Shown here piece after piece: positions 55,719 to 64,000 of a stretch of 64,000 nt of DNA. Under the pieces are notes generated by a model that was not told where the DNA came from, made no database searches, and saw only the letters and a list, made by a program, of their open reading frames with translations. A program made the translations under genes and the position numbers. Source of the DNA: Octopus vulgaris (lineage: Eukaryota); assembly GCA_951406725.2 (NCBI GenBank), contig OX597828.1, positions 70,060,001 through 70,124,000 on the forward strand, read 5' to 3'. The stretch's first letter is position 1, and every line of letters begins with the position of its first letter.

Positions 55719-56007
55719 CACACACAAGTACATGTACACACACGGTGGTAACTTCCACTTACCAAATTCAATTGCAAAGCTTCAATCAGCCCAAGGCTAT
55801 AGCAGAAGACACTTGCCCAAGGTGCCACACAGTGGGACTGAACCCAAAACCATGTAAGCGGGAAGCAAATTTCCTAACCACACAGACATGCCCGCATATA
55901 TACATATATGTATATATGTTGTTGTTGTTGGCATCCTTTTTTGTCTCGGGAGACAATGGAGTTGCGCATAAAATAATCTAGTCCGGCTTTTACATTTCAT
56001 TTCATGT

Positions 56008-56700
56008 AAAGGTGACGCTTTAGATACAAATAGTTACAGAGGTATCAAGCTGTTGGATCAGGTAATGAAGGTTACGGAGAGGGTCATAGCCCAACTGATT
56101 AGGGAGAGAGTCAGCTTGGATGAGATGCAGTTTGGTTTCATGCCAGGGAAAAATACCACTGATGCCATATTTCTGGTAAGAGAGCTGCAGGAGAAATACC
56201 TAGCCAAAGATAAGCCCCTGTACCAGGCTTTCGTTGACATAGAGAAAGCCTTTGACAGGGTCCCCCGATCCCTTATCTGGTGGTCAATGAGGAAACTAGG
56301 GATAGATGAATGGTTAGTGAGAGCTGTACAAGCCATGTACAGGGATGCTGTAAGTAAGGTAAGCGTTGGCAACAAGTACAGTGAAGAATTTAGGGTAGAG
56401 GTAGGGGTCCACCAAGGTTCAGTCCTCAGCCCCCTCCTATTTATCATAGTCCTCCAGGCAATAACGGAGGAATTCAAGACAAGATGCCCCTGGGAGCTCC
56501 TCTATGTTGATGACCTTGCTCTAATTGCTGAGTCACTATCAGAACTAGAGGAGAAGTTTCAAGTGTGGAAAGAAGGATTAGAATCGAAGGGCCTTAGAGT
56601 CAACATAGCTAAAACCAAAGTCCTAATAAGTAGGAAGGCAAGCAAACCACAAATCCCTTCAGGTAGATGGCCCTGCTCGATCAGTAGTAGATGCGTAGGT
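56008..56700 (+). mobile_element. RTE-clade LINE reverse transcriptase fragment
   Basis: YRGIKLL, QFGFMPG..TTDAIF, FVDIEKAFDRVPR, GVHQGSVLSPLLF, LLYVDDL, GLRVNIAKTK. Confidence 0.9.
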
Positions 56701-57620
56701 AGTTTTCAATGAATCTTCTTCAGTGTTATGGGCATGTTCATTGACTTCTCTCTCAGCAACACTCCGATGGACTGAAATCTAGGGAATTAGGCGGCCAAAT
56801 GTTAGGGGTCATGAATATTTTCAGCCGTCCATTCCTGTGTTACTAGAGCCATGTGTGATAGTGCAGAGTCTTACTGAAACACATATGGCCTTCCATTGCA
56901 GACACTGTCTATCCAAGGCTTAACAATTGTTTCCAGGACCTCAATATAGGTGGCAGAGTTAACTCTATAGCCTTGTGGAAAGAAGTAAGGAAGCATCACA
57001 TGTCCTTCATTGCTGACAACCCCTAAAACCTAGACATTTTGTATGCATAACACTTGGAACTTCAGAAGGGTCTGCACATAACCATCTGTCATTTCTTCTG
57101 TTAACTTTCTGATCTTCGTCGAAGTTTTTCTCGTTTTGGAAAAACCAAATCAAATCTTCTTCTGTTGGATTTTTCAGTTTATTTAAGGGCCTTTTAGATC
57201 TGATGTAGGGATTTTCTTTTGCTTTTTCTAACAAATTCCCCTTTCCTCATCATATAAGACTTATTTCTGATGTCTTCGTGGACAACATTTCTGACTGCTC
57301 CTTCTGACACATGGAAATCTTTTGCAATTGGCCTCATGAACTTTCTGGGAATGTAATCAATGGTCTGTTGAACTTGTTGGATAAATTCAGGTGTTCTGAT
57401 GATTTCAGAGCGTTTAGAATGCTTTTTATGCTTTGAAACTGGTGATATGTTTCCCTCTTCAGTCTCTAGCTCCTTACAAACTTTGTAGATAAAAGATCTG
57501 GCAACTTTTAAAAATTGAGACATTTCTAAATCACTATGCTCAGCCTTTATAACCACAATAACAAACATGCCTCTTCATTTCTTGAGTAAGCTGAAGGTCT
57601 GCCATTATTATTTTCTGAAA
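56700..57620 (-). mobile_element. Tc1/mariner-superfamily transposase pseudogene
   Basis: ORFs 57194-57568 (HTH-like region, VRNVVHEDI) and 57007-57234 (WFFQNEKNF...NRRNDRWL, FSDEK-like), then WPPNSLDFSP near 56770-56800. Confidence 0.8.
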
Positions 57621-57841
57621 TAAAGATTATACAAAGCAATAATGCAGCAATGACCTCAAAAAGGTATGTCCTCAAATACCTTATGCACCTTGTTATATAG
57701 ATAAATATATATATGTGTGTGTATGTGTGTGTGTGTGTGTGTGTGTATGAATGTGTATATATGTATATGCATATGTATGTGTGTGTGTATATATATATGT
57801 ATATATATATTTATATATATATGTATATATATATGTATATA

Positions 57842-57906
<65 letters not shown>

Positions 57907-58207
57907 GTATGTGTATATATAAATCTGCATGTTTGTATTTATAACATATATATATATATAAATAGAGATGCACGCACATACACACTTGCATGCTCACACA
58001 CACCAGGCAAAGCGAAGCAGAATGTTTGAATAAAGATGCCATTAAAGGCATCAAGTAGGAAACCACCCAAAGAATGTCAGAATGGTTGACAGGTCATGTG
58101 ACAGGTCATATGACAGTCACAAGAACCTGTCTTCTTTAATGGACAAACTGCAAGAACAATGATGACAGTCATGTCAGTGTGGACAGCTGAGGTTGTAGTA
58201 AAACAAC

Positions 58208-58600
58208 AGCCACCACCACCACCACCACCACCATCACCACCACCACCACCATCACCACCACCACCACCACAATCAACGCTACCGCCACCACCACCACCAC
58301 CACCACCACCACCACCACCACCACCACCACCACCACCACCACCACAATCAACTCTACCACCACCACCAAATCCACCACCATCACCATCACCATCACCACC
58401 ACCACCACCACCACCACCACCACAATCAAGTCTACCATCGCCGCCGCTGCTGCCACCACCATCATCACCACCACCACCACCACCATCACCACCACCATCA
58501 TCACCACCACCACCACCACCACCACCACCACCACCACCACCACCACCACAATCAAGTCTACCATCGCCGCCGCTGCTGCCACCACCACCATCACCACCAT
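58208..58600. repeat. (CAC)n compound microsatellite with internal duplication
   Basis: CCA repeats punctuated by recurring acaatcaa; caagtctaccatcgccgccgctgctgcc occurs twice. Confidence 0.9.
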
Positions 58601-60554
58601 TTTGTTTGTACCTAACATGACAGACTAAATAAGTAGATTTGGTTACGTTCCTTCTGTTGTAGCCTGGACTGGACACGAGTGGCCTGAATGTGGTCAATAG
58701 TTACAATGTTGTCCACTTCTAACCAAACACTCACATATTTTACTCAAAAGACAAATCAATATTTTCTTTTGAAAAAATATCTTTCAAAAGAAAATATTGG
58801 CTTTGCACACACACACACACACACACATATATTATATGTAGATATATATGTATGCACATATATATATATTTTATATCATATATCAATGTGTGTATGGAGG
58901 GGTATGTATGTATGCTTAGGTATTATGTCCATATTCTATGCATGTATATACACATATATGTATATAGGTATACTAGCATTAAAGACCCGTCGTTGCCGGG
59001 TCATAGTGCTAGTGCATGCATATATGTGTATATATATGTGTACATATTACATGTACATCTATATATATATATATACATCTACACATAAAATACAAAATAC
59101 AAAGTTATATCTTGATATCGCTAGTGATAACAATACTCAAAATATATAACAGACTGGAATTGTTAGCCCGTCTCTTGTAATTTCGATCAATTGTATCTTG
59201 TCCTCCCTCTTGTATAGAAGTGTGACTACAATCCAGCCTACCTCTACTTGGGGGGGAAGTGGCATTTTTAATTTTTATCTGGGACATCCTACATCCCAGA
59301 TATAAAGGTAATAATAAAATATTTCCTCTTTGCAAGTTCGAGTTGGGTACTCCCTTGCACGCTCCGTTGACTCGAATCTTGCTTCTATTGTGGCGAATTT
59401 ACCGCCTCTGGTTAGATATCTTTCATAGTCGCACCAAGACACTTTTCGATGGTGCTTTCCTCCAGGTGTTCAAATCTTTTTTCTCTACATTGTATATTTT
59501 ATAGAAAATAGTCTTTTCTTTAATTTAATTTTTTATTATCCATCTGGACTATTCCATTTCTGCACGCTGATTTTATTTTTAATTTATTCCCATTCATGTG
59601 AAACCACTTATTCAAGTTCAAATCATTGATGCAATTTTATACCAATTGCTATTTTTACTTTTGTTATGTTACGATTATATTATACTTTAGTTTGATTTTA
59701 ATTACTACTTACTACATATAATTCAATTGTTATTATTATTTTTATTGTTAAAGTGAAAGTATCTGACATAAAATAGAGAAATGTTTTTGTTTCACTTTTA
59801 ACACGTAATATTGAAATAGTGGAGAAGATATGACTCGCTCTAGGCAAGAAGTTGAACTTTTTTTGCTGATGACACTCCCCGGACCCTAAGTAAGGCATGT
59901 GTAAAATTTGAATGAAATTGGCTCTGTAGTTCTCAAGTTTTAGGGAAACACACAGACAGATAGACAGACACACATTCTCAGTTTTATATATATAAAGATT
60001 TATATATATATATATAAGAAATATTAAATTTCTAAATCTCTCGTAGAGATATGTACGGTGGTGGGGTGATAGAATGGTTGTCTACTGTCAATCTAACATG
60101 AACATGACAGTAGGGGGGTACACCACCACTGTTTAGCCCTAGGAAGCATCGACGCCTCCTGATGGCTTTGACACATTTTTCCTGTGTCCTTATATACATT
60201 TACGAAGGGGAGACAAACACCCCCAGCCACTAGGGCTGCATCTAGAGACACGCATGTTTCAGGATCATTGTCCTTCATCGGTCTCGACTAGCAGACGCCG
60301 GTCAGCTGTTGATATCTGCCTCTTCGACTCGCAATGTATATATCTAATTTCAGTGAAGTTTATTCACAAACGATGTTAATTTGTTTATGTAAACATGAGT
60401 TAGCGGTTCGGCAAAAGAATGGATAGAATACGTACAAGGTACTAAAAAGATAAGGCTTGTGTTTGACTAATTCCTTCACAACGGTGCCTCGGCATGGTCT
60501 CAGTCTTTTGAAACAAGTAAAAGTACAAGATTGTTAAAAAGCAAATTATAATAA

Positions 60555-60942
60555 ACTAGCAGTATCGCCCGGCGTTGCTCGGGTTTGTAAGGGAAATAAC
60601 TATAAAGCATTTTAAGAGAGTTATAGCCAAAAAATAGGAAAAAATGGGAAAAAAAATTATGGTAAAATTTTTTTTGATAGTTAAAAAGGTCGAGTTGCGT
60701 CCCCTAGACAGTCTGTGGTTTGTGTTTTTGATTGTTGACCCCATGTCGAATTTATCGATCTTTTTCAGAACTGGGGGGAACTTTTCAAAATTTTCGCTGC
60801 GTTAGTTTTGAATTATGACATTGGGCTATGTGTGTGTCAAGTTTCATCAGAATCGGTTGAAAGCCGTGGTCAGAGTGAGGGTACAACCAAACAGACACAC
60901 AGAAACACACACAGACAAACTGCCGTTTATATAGAGAGAGAT
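60555..60942 (+). mobile_element. Non-autonomous Helitron/Helentron-like element
   Basis: 5' actagcag...cccggcgttgctcggg hairpin; 3' aagtttcatcagaatcgg...cagacacac...tttatatagagagagat. Similar ends at 58972-59000 and 59895-59999. Confidence 0.5.
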
Positions 60943-61312
60943 TCTACGACTAGAATTACTGAAACAATTTGTATTAAATAATTTTAGCCGACACAAATAT
61001 CACAAAACTCATATAAAATATAAATACGCAATGGGGAAAGGCAATAAAATTCTCATCATTATAACACAATATGTTCTTGAAAATCGTTGCAGCCATTTTG
61101 TGAACTCATAATTTCTACACAATAAATATATCGCACAAATTTTGTGTTGTATTCATTTTTTAAGATCGTAAAGTATGTAAAATTGGAATTTTCTTTTGCT
61201 TCTGTTTTTGTAATCTTTACATTTTAGGTATTCATTGGCAGTAGACAGCGTATTGTGCTTTATATCAGATATTTGCTCTATGTAAAAGATAATAATGAAA
61301 GATATATATATT

Positions 61313-61361
<49 letters not shown>

Positions 61362-61394
61362 ATATATATATAGATATATATATACATACATAAT

Positions 61395-61650
61395 AATAAA
61401 TATAAGAGAGTGGTCACTATATGGCTCACTCTAGCACTAGTTAATCCAAAAGGTTTCAACCACAAAATTCATTAATAGCGAAACAATTGTCCCAAAATAA
61501 TCTGTATTTTTGTTATTTTTTATTTGCCCTGTTCGTGTGAGCTAACAATCGTACTGACTTTCATGGGAAACATATATTTTTGTGGTTGAAACCTTTTGGA
61601 TTAACTAGTGCTAGAGTGAGCCATATAGTGACCACTCTCTTATATTTATT
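61395..61650. repeat. Perfect 73-bp inverted repeat around a 110-bp spacer
   Basis: 61395-61467 is the exact reverse complement of 61578-61650; the spacer has GAAACAATTGTC at 61480-61491. Confidence 0.9.
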
Positions 61651-61850
61651 TTGTAAAAATATTATAATATATTATAAAATATTATAATAATCCAGGTTTC
61701 TCGGAGCACTGGGCCACTTGGTGTTGAATGGATATACTATTAAATTAGTATCTAATTCTCTCACCCTTATTAATTAATTATATACATACATATATATGTA
61801 TGTATATATATATATATATATATGTATGTATATATATATATATATGTATG

Positions 61851-61909
<59 letters not shown>

Positions 61910-62204
61910 TAGCCTTTGAATGCAGCCAACTCATAGGCTGCATCCTAGAAACATTCATGACAAGGGAACCGGCAGTTAGTTTTATTTTTAGGGAAAACCC
62001 TAGTTCTGAGCAGTTTATATTACTGCTTACAATTTTAATCCTCTAACGTATCCGGTCTCACAGAAGAAATCGAAGGGTTTCAAGGAACGTTCACTGGTAA
62101 AATACCTTCAGTTAAAAGTCTTATTTACCGAGAATGTCTGAAAGCGCTGAGTCTCTTGACACCAAAGAGAAATATATACTATCACATTCATATGGAAAAT
62201 TGTT

Positions 62205-62495
62205 GGGGGACATATGGCGTAGTGGTTAAGAGCGCGGGCTACTAACCCCAAGATTCCAAGTTTGATTCCAAGCAGTCACCTGAACACTAACAACAGCAAC
62301 AATAACAACAACAACAACAATAACATCGAAAATACCTTAGGAATTAGAACACAAGTTTGAAATTTCCCCAAGACACCTGAAGAAGGCTGGAGAGTATATT
62401 AGCTGAAACTTTGCGTTAACAACAAACAAGATGAAGACAAATATCCATCGAATGTAAGTAATGTATATAATTCCTCATCTCTTAAATATAGAAAT
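62205..62495 (+). mobile_element. tRNA-headed SINE-like element with (AAC)n linker and hammerhead tail
   Basis: A-box TGGCGTAGTGG (62215-62225), anticodon-like arm GGG-CTACTAA-CCC, B-box-like GTTTGATTCC, (AAC)n, then the hammerhead motif at 62373. Confidence 0.6.
62373..62416 (+). ncRNA. Minimal hammerhead motif in the tail of a tRNA-headed element
   Basis: ACAC-CUGAAGA-A-GGCUG gagaguauau UAGCU-GAA-AC UU-U-GCGU; canonical core, point changes in stems I and III. Confidence 0.5.
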
Positions 62496-62914
62496 GTGGA
62501 GGGATATGTTCCAAACTTCGGCACTGGAGAGAGTTTTAATGCACAAACATTTATATACTCTAAGCTTGCAAATATACTATGTTCAAAATCATGGGCTAAA
62601 CTACTCTATTGTAACAATCTGACATTTAGAGTTCCATCAACTATTCAACTACCTATCTAAATTAAAAGAAATATAAAAGCGACTTCTACTGAAACATTAA
62701 AAAACCCCTCCAAAAACTCATTAGATGAACTCTTAACGATACCTTAAAAGTCAATCATTCAATGATGGTGCATTCAGAGGCGAACAGCTGCGAGAAAACT
62801 CAATCATAGACCTTCCAGTCAAGAAGCAACTACAAAACCTAATTGAAAATACATTAAGGTGGTGCTCCAGAATGGCTGCAGTACTATCATTACTTCCTAA
62901 AAAACTTGTAGGGA

Positions 62915-63312
62915 ACTTATTGGAAAGTTCCTCGAATAACCTAACTTCCTGGAAAATCAGTCGGAAACTTCCTGGAAAGTCCCGAGGATTCCATGGAAAG
63001 TTCCGAGGATTCCCCAACTTCACAGAAAATCGATCGGAAAATTCCCGGAAATGTCCGATGAGACCATGGAAAGTTCCGAGGATTTCACAACTTCCTGGAA
63101 AATCAACCGGTAAGTTCCGATTATTTCCGAGAAAGTTCCGATGTTCCATGGAAAGCTCCGAGGATATCCAAACTTCCTGGAAAATCGGCCGTAAATCTCC
63201 AAAGATTTCCTGGAATGTTCCGAGGATTTCCCAACTTCCTGGAAAATCGACGGTATGATCCGAGGATTTCCTGGAAAGTTCCAAGGAATTCCTGGAATTC
63301 TCAGTTTTATAT
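62915..63312. repeat. Imperfect tandem array of TTCCTGGAA / GGAAAGTTCCGAGGAT motifs
   Basis: About a dozen TTC-N3-GAA palindromes; ends in ttctcagttttatatata, as does the Helitron-like end at 59975-59995. Confidence 0.75.
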
Positions 63313-63325
63313 ATATATACATATA

Positions 63326-63375
<50 letters not shown>

Positions 63376-63471
63376 CACACACACACACATATATATATAC
63401 ACAAATATAAACCAGGCATATTTCCATAAACATAAATCTGTGTGCATGTGTATACTATATCTATATCTATG

Positions 63472-63523
<52 letters not shown>

Positions 63524-63760
63524 ACAGTGTGTGTGTGTGTGTATCTGTATATATATGTATACTTCTAAATGTGTATGTATATATATATATATATGTCTGT
63601 GTGTTATGTCATGCTTTGTATATTAAAAAACAAGCTATAAATGTGGTCCAATCGTTGTGTTTGTTAATCTGAGGTTTTCTCCATTTTCCGATTATATATA
63701 TATACACATATGCATACATACATATATGCATATATACATGTATACTCACACACTCACACA

Positions 63761-63799
<39 letters not shown>

Positions 63800-64000
63800 A
63801 CATACATATGTATGAGAGAGAAGAGAGAGAGAGAGAGAAAGAGAGTGAGGGAGAGGAAAGTGAGTGATGTCTAAGTATTTAACATACATGCAGTTGTGCT
63901 AGACAGTGATTAAAGCATTATCTGATACATAAAACTCTATGAAATGTTTGGGTGCCAATATGAACATACATCCATATGTATCATTACCGACATCGTCATC

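Noticed and set aside
58077-58697. Poly-Pro, poly-Gly and poly-Val ORFs resembling extensin, formin or glycine-rich proteins
   Set aside because: A (CAC)n microsatellite open in several frames; no codon variation or splice context supporting coding.
59140-59510. Decayed coding-like segment, possibly LINE ORF1
   Set aside because: Multiple stops and no motif I can assign with confidence.
62205-62285. Functional tRNA gene (also the heads at 33970 and 39841)
   Set aside because: No proper acceptor stem or Pol III terminator; each runs into repeat body sequence, so these are SINE heads.
62751-63433. 137-222 aa ORFs with repeated FPGS/WKI words
   Set aside because: Products of the TTCCTGGAA tandem array and adjoining (TA)n.

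Overview
Eukaryotic, AT-rich genomic DNA saturated with microsatellites ((TA)n, (CA)n, (GA)n, (GATA)n, (CAT)n, (TAA)n) and interspersed repeats. The repeat landscape suggests an octopus (coleoid cephalopod) genome; this is an inference. I can support only one host gene: a TENT5/FAM46 non-canonical poly(A) polymerase with its whole CDS in one exon (16978-18549, +). It has candidate 5' non-coding exons upstream and possibly a ~9 kb 3' UTR ending near 27530. The rest is decayed mobile DNA: several SINE families, RTE and CR1-like LINE fragments, a Gypsy-type LTR element remnant, Tc1/mariner and hAT remnants, MITEs and Helitron-like elements. The main unannotated signal is about a dozen type I hammerhead-ribozyme-like motifs (CUGANGA...GAAA, tiny or palindromic stem III, NUH site), in minimal and extended-stem-II forms. 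Most sit in small non-coding elements inserted in (TA)n tracts and carry asymmetric inverted duplications, the architecture known from Penelope-like pLTRs. One pair lies in the putative TENT5 3' UTR and one motif is fused behind a tRNA-like SINE head. Almost all listed ORFs other than TENT5 and the TE fragments are microsatellite artefacts. Repeat boundaries were read by eye and are approximate.
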